A stretch of 64,000 bases of DNA from Mycobacterium sp. (GCA_035633495.1 DASQEU010000143.1); one strand, 5' to 3'; positions 8,943 to 18,621 are shown, counted from the stretch's first letter. The notes: a model not told the origin generated them from the letters alone. Made by a program: numbers and translations.

Positions 8943-10343
8943 ATGACCAAACCGATTCCGCCGCTTGACCTTTTATGGCTGCTGATCGAGTCACCGGGCA
9001 GCACGACGCACGTCGGGGCGATGCTGCTGTTCAAAAAGCCCGCGGGCCGCAGGCCCGTCGTGCGCGAGATCGTGGAGGCGTACCGGGCGCAGCGGCCCGC
9101 GCCGCCGTTCACCTATGTCCCGGAGCTCCTGGGCGGCGCGCCCCATTTCCGGGAGGTGGCGAGCTGGGACCCGCGGTACCACATCCAGCATCTGTCGCTG
9201 CCCGCGGGAGCCTGCTATGACGACCTGCTGCGGCTCGTGGCCGATCTGCACGAGCCGATGATCGATCGCGACCGCCCGCTGTTTCGCTGCTGGGTGATCG
9301 ATGGGGTGCCGGGCGGCATGTTCGCGATCTACACGAAGAGCCATCACTCCATCATCGACGGCGCCTCCGGCATGAAGATCCTGTACGCAGGCCTGAGCAC
9401 GTCCGCTCAGCCCACGATCGACAGACCCGCCTTTGCGCTCGGCGTGCCGGTGCCCAAGCCGCGCCCGCCGACGCCGGTCACGCAGAGAATCGCCGACTCG
9501 ATCCGCGCGGCGGTCACGCAGGTCGAGGCGCTCAACCAGGTCTCGGTCGGCGCGCTGCGCAAGACGTTGGCCGGGCTCGTGGGCTCGCATCTCGACGGCA
9601 GCCTGCCGTTCACGGCGCAGCACGCCCCGACCAACGAGCCGCTCACAATGGGGCGCAGGTTCGCGACGCTCGCGCTGCCGCTCGAGGAGATGCACGAAAT
9701 CGGCCGGCACTTCGGGGCGACCCTCAACGACGTGGCCGTCACCGTCATCGACGCCGGGCTGCATGCCTACCTGCGCGAGACCGGCCGCGCCTTTACCCAC
9801 CCGTTCATCTCGATGTGTCCGGTGTCGCTGCGTGCCGACGGCGACACCGCGATCGGCACCCGGGTGTCGGCGATGTTCGTGCGGCTCGGCGAGCCCGACG
9901 CGACCGTGCCGCAGCGGATCCGGCAAGTGGTGGACTCGGTCGCCACGGCCAAAAAGGAGCTGCGCGGCATGTCGAAGGACGCGGCGATGACCTACGCGGT
10001 CGGAGTCGTCGCGCTCGCGGGTCTGGCCGCCTCGACGCACCTGGACCGGGTCGGGCACCCGGCCTGCAACCTGGTCATTTCCAACGTGCCGGGCGCCAGG
10101 GAGCCCCGGTATCTCAACGCTGCACGCCTCGTCGGCATCTACCCGGTCTCCGCGCTCGCCGCCTCGATCGGGCTGAACGCCACGCTCACCTCCTACCACG
10201 ACCATATGGACTTCGGGTTCGTCGCAAACGCCGCGGCGATCGACGACGTGGCCGAGCTCGCGCATCACACGCTGCAGGCCTACACGGAGCTGAAAGAAGC
10301 GGCTGGAAAGCAGCCGGCTGGTCGCAAGCGCACGCCGTCCTGA
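8943..10343 (+). CDS. Wax ester synthase/diacylglycerol acyltransferase (WS/DGAT)
   Basis: 466 aa. HHSIIDG (HHxxxDG) active-site motif, ATLNDVA, CPVSLR, NLVISNVPG. Confidence 0.93.
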   Translation: MTKPIPPLDLLWLLIESPGSTTHVGAMLLFKKPAGRRPVVREIVEAYRAQRPAPPFTYVPELLGGAPHFREVASWDPRYHIQHLSLPAGACYDDLLRLVADLHEPMIDRDRPLFRCWVIDGVPGGMFAIYTKSHHSIIDGASGMKILYAGLSTSAQPTIDRPAFALGVPVPKPRPPTPVTQRIADSIRAAVTQVEALNQVSVGALRKTLAGLVGSHLDGSLPFTAQHAPTNEPLTMGRRFATLALPLEEMHEIGRHFGATLNDVAVTVIDAGLHAYLRETGRAFTHPFISMCPVSLRADGDTAIGTRVSAMFVRLGEPDATVPQRIRQVVDSVATAKKELRGMSKDAAMTYAVGVVALAGLAASTHLDRVGHPACNLVISNVPGAREPRYLNAARLVGIYPVSALAASIGLNATLTSYHDHMDFGFVANAAAIDDVAELAHHTLQAYTELKEAAGKQPAGRKRTPS

Positions 10344-10369
10344 CCGACCGCTACCTCGAGCCTCGCGAG

Positions 10370-10397
10370 CCGACCGACCGACCGACCGACCGACCGA
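10370..10397. repeat. (CCGA)7 tetranucleotide microsatellite
   Basis: Seven perfect CCGA units followed by CGACGA. Confidence 0.95.
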
Positions 10398-10493
10398 CGA
10401 CGAAACATGTTGTGGTGAGTTTCTAGCCGTTGCGTGGGGGTTTCCCTACGTGTTCCAACTCGCTGTCCGCGGTTCCTGAGGCGTTGTACGCGG

Positions 10494-10623
10494 TCAGCCG
10501 GTGTCCAGGAACGGCACGAACTCTGTCCAGGCGTTCTCCCACAATCGAATGATGGCCGGGTATTGGGCGCCCCATTTCGCGGTGAACTCGACGAAGCGTT
10601 CCTTGGCCGCCGCCTCCGTCGAC
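10494..10623 (-). pseudogene. IS256-family transposase internal fragment
   Basis: STEAAAKERFVEFTAKWGAQYPAIIRLWENAWTEFVPFLD is a typical IS256/mutator C-terminal segment. No ends identified. Confidence 0.75.
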
Positions 10624-11542
10624 GAACTGAACCTGGCCACGACTGTGTTCGGCGTGGCTCTTTGCCTACGTCGACACCGCGCTGTGCCTGGCCGAGGAGG
10701 TGGACACCACCGAGCGAACGGTGGCTGCGCAGCGCCGCGGCGAGCCAGGCCGAGATGGTCAGCACCATCCTGTCCGGGCAATCCATCGACATCGACGTCG
10801 CCGGCCAACGCCTGCGCCACGACCTGCGCCGGGTGCACGTGGCCGCAGTCGCTTGGCTGGACGCTCACGAAGAGGGCCGCAACACCCATGCCCTGCTCGA
10901 AGCCGCCATTCCGCGACATCGCCGCGGCGATCGGCACCCAGCGACCTCTCATTCAGCCCCTCGGCACACTCTCGGTCGCCGACTGGGAGCACCAGCAGCC
11001 CGGTGCCGTCCAGGGTGCTCGACGAACTGCGGTTCCGGACGGCGACGGCACCGGGCGTCCGGGTCGCGATCGGCGAACCGGCACGCGACATCGCGGGCTT
11101 TCGTGCCAGCCATGTAGAGGCACTCGAAGCGCAGAGCATCGCGCGGTTGGCGGGGCGTCGCGAGGGAAGCATCACCCGGTACGGCGACATTTCGCTGCGC
11201 GCACTTGCGACGGCGAACATCGGCCAAGCCCGGGGCTTCGTTGCACGCGAGCTGGGCGCACTGGCGGATGGCGATGACACCACCCGCCGGCTCGCCGCGA
11301 CCGTGCGCACCAATCTCGACGAGAACGGAAGCCGCGCCAGGACAGCCAAACGACTCAGCGTTCACGAGAACACCGTGACCTACCGGCTCAGGCAAGCCGA
11401 GGAACTGTTGGGGCGGTCAGTGGACAAACGCACGCTCGAGTTGCGGGTTGCACTCGCCTTGGCCGATCTCGTCGACGAGACGCATGGAACGAGCGGGTCG
11501 ACTCCTGCCGACACTTCGGCATATGCGGGCATCCACAACTGA
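10618..11542 (+). pseudogene. PucR/CdaR-family transcriptional regulator, 5'-truncated and frameshifted
   Basis: C-terminal HTH (SRARTAKRLSVHENTVTYRLRQAEELLG) and GGDEF-like segment (RVAIGEPARDIAGFRASHVEA). The N-terminal part is spread over several frames. Confidence 0.85.
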
Positions 11543-11548
11543 GGCGCG

Positions 11549-11767
11549 CGACAGGTGCGGGACGGGGTCGGGGCCGCCAGCGTGACCACGCACAGTTTCC
11601 GCAAGACGGTCGCCGCCCTGATCGACGGCGGGGGCCTGTCCGCGCGGATCGGTGCCGACCACCTGGGACACACCAACGTGTCGATGACGCAGGACAGGTA
11701 CATGGCCCGAGGTCGGAGCCAGATCGAGGTAGCCGATCTCCTTGACCGAGCCATAAACGACGAATAA
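11549..11767 (+). pseudogene. Second tyrosine integrase remnant (C-terminal ~70 aa only)
   Basis: THSFRK..LGHTNVSMTQDRY. By my count 49/69 aa are identical to the C-terminus of the 7740-8561 remnant. Confidence 0.88.
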
Positions 11768-11811
11768 ACATCGACTCGAAAAAATCGATCTTGAAAAAAC
11801 AGCCTCTGACG

Positions 11812-11885
11812 TAGGGCGACTGGGACTTGAACCCAGGACCAACGGATTATGAGTCCGCGGCTCTAACCAACTGAGCTATCGCCCC
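11812..11885 (-). tRNA. tRNA with CAT anticodon (probably Ile2/lysidine type, often annotated Met)
   Basis: GGGGCGATAGCTCAGTTGGTTAGAGCCGCGGACTCATAATCCGTTGGTCCTGGGTTCAAGTCCCAGTCGCCCTA folds as a cloverleaf with loop CTCATAA. CCA is not encoded. Confidence 0.95.
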
Positions 11886-11989
11886 CTTGCGCGCGTGCGC
11901 GGTCCCCATGGTCGCACAACCCGTCGGTGATCCTCGCCGGCGATATCCGAACTTCATCATGATCAACCCCGCCGCATTAGGCTCCGACC

Positions 11990-12364
11990 GTGATTCGCTT
12001 TCTGTTGCGCATGGTCGTGTTCCTCGGCTCCTCGGCGATCGGACTATTGGTGGCCGCCTGGCTGATCGACGGTGTGACGGTGTCGACGTGGGGCTTCGTC
12101 ACCGCCGTCGTCATCTTCACCGTCGCGCAGGCCATCCTTTCCCCGTTCTTCCTGAAGATGGCGAGCCGTTACGCGTCGGCGTTCCTCGGCGGCATCGGCC
12201 TGGTGTCCACCCTGGCGGCCCTGATTTTGGCGTCGCTGCTCACCCACGGACTGACCATCCGTGGCATCGGTTCGTGGGTGGCGGCGACGGTGCTCGTGTG
12301 GCTCGTCACCGCCCTCGCCACTCTCCTGCTGCCGATGCTGATCCTGAAGAAGAAGGTCGCGTAG
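11990..12364 (+). CDS. Four-TM membrane protein, mycobacterial holin superfamily IV-like (DUF360)
   Basis: 124 aa with four hydrophobic segments and a basic C-terminus (KKKVA). Confidence 0.7.
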   Translation: MIRFLLRMVVFLGSSAIGLLVAAWLIDGVTVSTWGFVTAVVIFTVAQAILSPFFLKMASRYASAFLGGIGLVSTLAALILASLLTHGLTIRGIGSWVAATVLVWLVTALATLLLPMLILKKKVA

Positions 12365-12375
12365 TAACAGACGCC

Positions 12376-13124
12376 GTGAACAAGCCGCTCATCGCCGGAC
12401 TGCTGACCACGTGGTGCCTGCTGGTGGTCCTGCCGGCGTGGATCGTCTACGTGACGTTCCGCGGCGTCGACGCGGACACCCCCATCATCGGCCCCATCCT
12501 CGCCATCTGGATCGTCGGTTACCCTGCTGCAGTTCGGCGTGTTCATGGCCGCCACGCGCAAGGCCTCGCGCAACGGGATCGGCGAGTGGTTCCTCGCATC
12601 GACGATACCGTTCGTCGCGGATTGGACCGTCCCGGTCGCGCCATGGTCGCCGATCGCGGTCGCCGCAGTGGTGGGCGCCTACGCGGCGTGGTTCTACTCG
12701 CGCATCGAACGCAGCGGATCTGCAGCACAACGGTATTCGGGCGACCGGAACCGTGCTCGAGGTCAAGCAGCCACTCATGAACACCATCATCAACGACGTC
12801 TACATTCGTCGGACGATGACCTTGGGCGTGGATCGAGCCGACGGCGCGCCGCCATACGAGGCGAAGTATTCGGGCACGTTCATGCTCGGTGAGATCCCGA
12901 GCCCCGGCGATGTCTTCCATCTGAGGGTCGATCCCAAGAATCCCCACCACCTCGAGACGACCGACGGACCCGGTTACGCTGCTGAACCGGCCGCGCCTCC
13001 GCTTCTGCCGCAGCAGGGTCCGACGATCACCGAGCAGCTGCAGCAACTCGACGACATGCACCACCGGGGCGCACTCACCGACGCCGAGTTCGCGGCGGCC
13101 AAGCAACAGGTGCTTCGAGGTTAG
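12376..13124 (+). pseudogene. Membrane protein with C-terminal SHOCT domain, two frameshifts
   Basis: A hydrophobic N-terminus (VNKPLIAGLL..IVGY) shifts near 12521 into LLQFGVFMAA..WFYSRIER, then near 12712 into DLQHNGIRATGTV..EQLQQLDDMHHRGALTDAEFAAAKQQVL (SHOCT). Confidence 0.7.
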
Positions 13125-13127
13125 ACC

Positions 13128-13952
13128 TCAGCTGTAGACCGGCTGGCCGTCAAGTCCGAGGAAGTACCGCTCGGTCCCCTCCTCGACACGCGGCGCGTCT
13201 CGGCCGAGCGCCACCGCAATCTTGTTGGCGGCGTTGCGCATCACGTCGAGCGTGATCTCCATGGCCTCGGCATCGGAGAACTGCTCCCGCACCCCGGCCG
13301 CGACGTCGGCACCGATCTTCGATGGCGTCCAGATCAACGCGTCGACATAGCGCAGTGCGGCCTTCTGCCGTTCGTTCAGCAGGCTCGACGACTCATAGTG
13401 CTCGATCTCGGAATAGAGCGACTCGGTCCCACCCGCATCGAGCGCCGCGCCCTCGCGTAGCGAGCTGCAGAGCCGGCAGTTGTGCTGGACGGCGCCGCGC
13501 AACCGCACCACCTCGGTCGTCACGGGGTCCAGCGCGCGCAGCGCACCGACGGTCGGTGCGAACTGGTTGAGCAGCAGGTCGACCGGATCGGTGTCACGGT
13601 CCCAGACGACGGGGTCGACGACCGGTGCGAAGCCGAGCGCGGTCAGGCCGGCCCTGACGCGGGGAACGAAGTCGGCGATGAAGATCAGCGCGACCATCTG
13701 GAATGCCTTGTCGCCCAACGCCGCCATGAAGGCCGAGCGCTGCTCGGGGCTGAGCACCGACACGTCGACGGCGAACTGTTCGGCGAACTCGGCCAGCTGC
13801 GGGTCGTCGTCCGCAGGGACCTGCGCCACCAGCGGCGGCAACGACACGGCCTGCGCACACACCTCGCGCACCAGCGCGTTGCGGCCCGCATCGCCCTCGG
13901 GCGAGAGCGCCGTCAGCCGGGTCAACAAGCCGTACAACTGATCGTCGTCCAT
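13128..13952 (-). CDS. Carboxymuconolactone decarboxylase/AhpD-like protein (Rv2313c-like)
   Basis: [21 protein letters not shown] (CxxC) and [12 protein letters not shown]. Confidence 0.8.
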   Translation of the reverse strand: MDDDQLYGLLTRLTALSPEGDAGRNALVREVCAQAVSLPPLVAQVPADDDPQLAEFAEQFAVDVSVLSPEQRSAFMAALGDKAFQMVALIFIADFVPRVRAGLTALGFAPVVDPVVWDRDTDPVDLLLNQFAPTVGALRALDPVTTEVVRLRGAVQHNCRLCSSLREGAALDAGGTESLYSEIEHYESSSLLNERQKAALRYVDALIWTPSKIGADVAAGVREQFSDAEAMEITLDVMRNAANKIAVALGRDAPRVEEGTERYFLGLDGQPVYS

Positions 13953-14023
13953 GACCGCGATTATGGCGTGCCGCTCGTCGCCCACACGAGGAACTCGGCG
14001 AAGTCCAACCCTCGAAGTCGTCG

Positions 14024-15717
14024 ATGACTACCGTCGCGATCATGATCAACGACTCGGCGGAGCGCATCTTCCGCGGCGGCACGATTCTCACGATGGACGA
14101 CACCCGGCCTCGTGTCGAGGCGGTCGCCATCGGCGGCGGACGCATTTTGGCCGTGGGCGACGAGGCCGAGGTCATGACGACCCGCGGCGACGACACCGAG
14201 ATCGTCGACTTGGGCGGCCTCACGCTGATGCCGTCGTTCATCGACGCCCACGGCCACTTCGCCAACGCACCGCAGATCGTCAAGTGGGCCAACGTGTCCG
14301 GCGTGCCCACGGGGCCGGTCACGTGCATCGCCGACATCCAGCGCGTGCTCGAGGAGTTCGTGACGGCCAACTCGGTGGCACCGGGTGACTGGGTGGTCGG
14401 CTACGGCTACGACGTGTCGAATCTGTCCGACGGCCGCCAGTGCACGCGCGACGACCTGGATGCCGTGCTGCCAGACCACCCGGTGATGCTGATCCACAGC
14501 TCCAACCACGGGGCGGTACTCAATTCACGGGGTTTCGCGGCGGTGGGCTACGACGCGTCCACGCCCACGCCGCCCGGTGGTCTGATCCTGCGCAAGCCGG
14601 GCGGGAACGAACCCGAGGGCCTGATCATGGAGACCGCCTTCGTGCCGATCTTCGCTGACATGCCGCAGCCGTCGGAGCAGGAAAATGCGAGACGTTCGAC
14701 GCCGCTCAGCAACTCTACGCCTGCAAGGGCACCACCACGGTCCAGGAGGGCGCGACCCACGCCAAGGATCTCGCCCTCATCCGCACGGCGGCCGACCAGG
14801 GGCGTCTCTACCTCGACGTGGTGGCCGTGCCGCTGGTGCTCGAGGTACCCAAACTCGTCAAGGAGTACTTCCCCGACTTCGCGGGTGGCCCGATGGAGCT
14901 GCCCGATACGGCGGCCGAGTCGTTCGGCTCCTATCGCAACCGGCTCAAGCTGCAGGGCATCAAGTGCATCGTCGACGGTTCGCCGCAGGGCAAGACGGCG
15001 TTCTGGACCGAGCCGCTGCTGACCCCGGGGCCCAACGGTGAGGCCGACTGGTGCGGCCAACCCGTGTTCCCCAAGCAGCTGATCGAGAAGATGGTCAAGG
15101 AGATCGCCGACGCGGGCATCCAGATCTTCTGCCACTGCAACGGCGACGCGGCGATCGACATGATGATCGACGCCTGCCGGGCGGCCGGCATGACCGCAGG
15201 CGATGACCGCCGCACCGTGATTGTCCATTCCCAGTTCATGCGCCCCGAACAACTTGACGACTACGTCGAATTGGGGCTGTCCCCAAGCTTCTTCACCGTC
15301 CACGCTTACTTCTGGGGCGACCTGCACGAGGAGAATCTGGGCCAGGAGCGGGCCTACTTCCTCAGCCCAATGGCCTCAGCCGTCGCCAAGGGGCTGCACT
15401 GCTCGAATCACAACGACTTCTCCGTGACTCCGATCGACCCCATGCGGATGGTGTGGAGCGCCGTCGCCCGCACGTCGCGCTCGGGTAAGGTCATGGGCCC
15501 GAACGAACGGGTCGACGCGTGGCAGGCGCTCAAGGCGCTCACGATCGAGGCCGCGTGGCAGATCCGCGAGGAGCACGACAAGGGTACGCTCGCCGCGGGC
15601 AAGTGGGCCGACGTGGTGATCCTCGACGGCGACCCGACGACCGTGCCCACCGACGAGATCTTGGACATCGCCGTCGTCGAGACGTTCAAGGAGGGCCGCA
15701 GCGTCTACTGTGCTTGA
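14024..15717 (+). pseudogene. Amidohydrolase_3 (YtcJ/NfdA-like) with a single frameshift at ~14685
   Basis: PSFIDAHGH in the first frame. After the shift: ETFDAAQQLYACKGTTTVQEGA..IKCIVDGSPQGKTA..HCNGD..VHSQF..HNDFSV..GTLAAGKWADVVILD. Confidence 0.85.
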
Positions 15718-17075
15718 CTCACCGAGGACATGTGGAAGTCGGGGATGCGCAGCGACGGCATCTTCGCGCGGGTCGCCCAGTCACCCCACTCCCTGGGCAG
15801 CGTGGTCTCGCTCACGCCTGCCTCGGTGGCGCGGCGCAGCAGGTCCAGCGGACTCTCGTTGAACCGGAAGTTGTTGACGGCGCCGGTGACCTGCCCATCC
15901 TCGATCAGGTACACGCCGTCGCGGGTCAGACCGGTCAGCAACAGCACGGTGGGATCGACCTCGCGCATGTACCACAGCGTCGTCAGCAACAGGCCGCGCT
16001 CGGTGCGGCGGATCATGTCCGACAGGCTCGCCCAACCGCCCGTCATCAGTAGATTGTCCGCAGGAACCGCCACGGGGACGTCGTACTCCGCCGCGGCCGC
16101 CCGCGGGTAGGCCAGCGCGTTGATCGTCCCGTCGCGAATCCACTCCACCCGGTCGATGTCCATGCCGTTGTCGAACACCGACACCCGCTCCGAGGAACTC
16201 GTCGCCGCAACGAACGGCGAGCATTCCAGACCCGTCGCAGTCGGATCGGAGTACAGCGTCAGTCCGAGATCGGTGAGCTTCTCCCCCACCCGGGTACCGC
16301 CCGGCGCCGACAGCGCGGTGCGACCCTCCTGTGCCCCTCGGCCGTCCATGGTCCAGCCGAGGTAGATCATCATGTCGGCGACCGTCGACGGTGGCATCAA
16401 CGTCTCGTAACGACCGGCGGGCAGCTCGATGCTGCGGCTGGCCCAGTCCAGTCGGGTCGACAGCTGCTCGAGCATGGAATCGGTTGGCACGTGGGCGAAG
16501 TCGGGGGTGCCGACGCCTACCCACGCGCTGGCCCCGCTGCGCTTGGCGTTGATCTCCACCGATCCGGTCGGTTGCGTGTAGCGCCGACGCAGTCCGGTCG
16601 AGGTGGCGACGAACGTCGTCTCCAGTTCGTGGCGGGCGAAGCCGTACAACCGGTCGGCGCCGCGGAACCCCCTCGCCAGGCTCTTCGCGACGCCGGCGAA
16701 GACGTCGGCAGCCGTCTCGGGCACGGGCGCGTCCCAGTCGTACGGGGTCTCGTCGCCGGCCAGCATCGGCGCACCGTCGCGGGCTTCCGGCGCCGAGCGT
16801 GCCGCGTCCTGCGACGCGGCCACCAGGCCGGCGATCGCCGAGGGGTCGACCTCGCTGGACTTCACCGAGCCGACGTGAGCGCTCTTACCCTGGCGGACAA
16901 TCGATATCACCGTCGCGTCCCGGCCGAGCGACTCGCCGTTGGTGGTCATCGAGTTGCCCGCCCAGCGCAGCGACGCCGTCGCCCGATCGGTGACCACCAC
17001 GATGGTCTCGTCGGCCATCCCACGGCGGACTGCCTCGGCGAGGGCGATCCCGACGACGTCCGATGCGGCGATCAT
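15705..17075 (-). CDS. pmbA: TldE/PmbA-family protein (Rv2314c-like)
   Basis: LRWAGNSMTTNG, GRYETLMPP, GLLLTTLWY, LTGLTRDGVYLIEDG..NNFRFNESP. Paired with tldD. Confidence 0.88.
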   Translation of the reverse strand: MIAASDVVGIALAEAVRRGMADETIVVVTDRATASLRWAGNSMTTNGESLGRDATVISIVRQGKSAHVGSVKSSEVDPSAIAGLVAASQDAARSAPEARDGAPMLAGDETPYDWDAPVPETAADVFAGVAKSLARGFRGADRLYGFARHELETTFVATSTGLRRRYTQPTGSVEINAKRSGASAWVGVGTPDFAHVPTDSMLEQLSTRLDWASRSIELPAGRYETLMPPSTVADMMIYLGWTMDGRGAQEGRTALSAPGGTRVGEKLTDLGLTLYSDPTATGLECSPFVAATSSSERVSVFDNGMDIDRVEWIRDGTINALAYPRAAAAEYDVPVAVPADNLLMTGGWASLSDMIRRTERGLLLTTLWYMREVDPTVLLLTGLTRDGVYLIEDGQVTGAVNNFRFNESPLDLLRRATEAGVSETTLPREWGDWATRAKMPSLRIPDFHMSSVSQAQ

Positions 17076-17104
17076 GCTGCCCTGTTCTTCGCGCAAGCGC
17101 TCAT
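17072..17104 (-). CDS. 10-codon bridging mini-ORF MSACAKNRAA (MIRU-like translational coupler)
   Basis: The ATG overlaps the tldD stop (TGATG) and its TGA overlaps the pmbA ATG (ATGA). Confidence 0.45.
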   Translation of the reverse strand: MSACAKNRAA

Positions 17105-18621
17105 CACCGGCCGGCCTCCTCGCGGGTGTTCAAGACGTTGATCCCCCGGAACAGCGCCGACGGGCAGCCATGGCTGACCGCCGCGACCTGCCCGGGTTGC
17201 GCCTTGCCGCAGTTGAATGCTCCGCCCAACCGCCACGTCCCCGGGCCGCCGACCGCTTCCATGGCGCCCCAGAAGTCCGTCGTGATGGCCTGATAGGCGA
17301 CGTCGCGGAGCTGGCCGTCGAGCCGTCCGTCGCGGATCCGGAAGAACCGCTGGCCGGTGAACTGAAAGTTGTAGCGCTGCATGTCGATCGACCACGACTT
17401 GTCGCCGACCACGTAGATGCCGTCCTGCACCTTGGCGATCAGGTCGTCGGTGCTCGCGTCCTCGGTACCCGGCTGAAGCGACACGTTCGCCATGCGCTGG
17501 ATCGGCACGTGATGGGGCGAATCGGCGTACGAGCATCCGTTCGACCTGGCTTCACCCAGGCGTGGCGCGAACACCCTGTCGAGTTGGTAGCCGACGAAGA
17601 CGCCGTCGCGCACCAGATCCCACTTCTGGGCGCGCACCCCCTCGTCGTCGAATCCGATCGTCGCCAGTCCGTACTCGACGGTGCGGTCGGCGGTCACATT
17701 CATCACGGGCGACCCGTACTTCATGACGCCGAGCTTGTCCGGCGTCGCGAACGACGTTCCCGCGTAAGCGGCTTCGTAGCCGATCGCCCTGTCGTACTCG
17801 GTGGCGTGGCCGATTGACTCGTGAATGGTGAGCCACAGGTTGGATGGGTCGATCACCAGGTCGGTGGGGCCCGCGACCACGGTCGGCGCCTTGGTCTTCT
17901 CGGCCAACAGGGATGGCAGTTCGGCAAGCTCGGTCGACCAGTCCCACACCTCGTCACCCGCGACGAACTCCCAGCCCCGCGCCATCGGCGGTGCCAGGGT
18001 GCGCATGCTCTCGAACGTGCCCGCCGCCGAGTCGACGGCGACTGCTTCGAACGAGGGTTGCACGCGCACTCGCTGCTGGGTGATCGACGAGCCGAACGTG
18101 TCGGCGTAGAACGTCTGTTCCTTGACGGCGTGCAGGCCGGCGGACACGTGGTCGATGCCTTCGGCGGCGAGCAGGCGCCCCGAGTACTCGACGAGCACAC
18201 CGATCTTGTCGGCGGCCGGGACGTCGAACGGGTCGACCAGATAGTCCGACACCCAGCTGACGTCGGAGTACACCGGCTCCGGTGCGAGCTCGATGCGTTC
18301 GGCATTGAGCGGGGCCAGGGTGGCGGCGACACGGACCGCGCGGCGCGCCGTCTCGGCGGCGACCACCGGGTCCAGCTCGGCGTGCGACGCGAAACCCCAG
18401 GTGCCGTCCACGATGGCCCGAACCGCAAGGCCGATCTCGCGGCTGACGACCGACGTCTCAAGCTCCCCGTCGCGCAGCTGCACCGTCTCGGTGGTGATGC
18501 GGTGAATCCGCAGGTCTGCATAGCTTGCGCCGGCTGACGTGGCCGCCGTCAGTGCGGCGTCGGCGAGCTGGTGCCGCGGCAGTTCGAGATAGTCGGCATC
18601 GACACGTCGGCGCGCTCTCAC
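17104..18621 (-). CDS. tldD: TldD-family metalloprotease (Rv2315c-like)
   Basis: LTIHESIGHATEYDR (HExxH-type), CGKAQPGQ. GTG start at 18621. Confidence 0.92.
   Translation of the reverse strand: MRARRRVDADYLELPRHQLADAALTAATSAGASYADLRIHRITTETVQLRDGELETSVVSREIGLAVRAIVDGTWGFASHAELDPVVAAETARRAVRVAATLAPLNAERIELAPEPVYSDVSWVSDYLVDPFDVPAADKIGVLVEYSGRLLAAEGIDHVSAGLHAVKEQTFYADTFGSSITQQRVRVQPSFEAVAVDSAAGTFESMRTLAPPMARGWEFVAGDEVWDWSTELAELPSLLAEKTKAPTVVAGPTDLVIDPSNLWLTIHESIGHATEYDRAIGYEAAYAGTSFATPDKLGVMKYGSPVMNVTADRTVEYGLATIGFDDEGVRAQKWDLVRDGVFVGYQLDRVFAPRLGEARSNGCSYADSPHHVPIQRMANVSLQPGTEDASTDDLIAKVQDGIYVVGDKSWSIDMQRYNFQFTGQRFFRIRDGRLDGQLRDVAYQAITTDFWGAMEAVGGPGTWRLGGAFNCGKAQPGQVAAVSHGCPSALFRGINVLNTREEAGR

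Larger units (their letters stand above)
8562..11848. mobile_element. Eroded tRNA-targeted integrative island (3249 bp between att copies)
   Basis: Bounded by the 38-bp att repeats. Contains an integrase 3' remnant next to the tRNA, WS/DGAT, and IS256 and PucR fragments. Confidence 0.85.

Noticed and set aside
11990-12364. Prophage lysis module inferred from the holin-like gene
   Set aside because: There are no endolysin, structural or replication genes, and the gene lies outside the att-bounded region.
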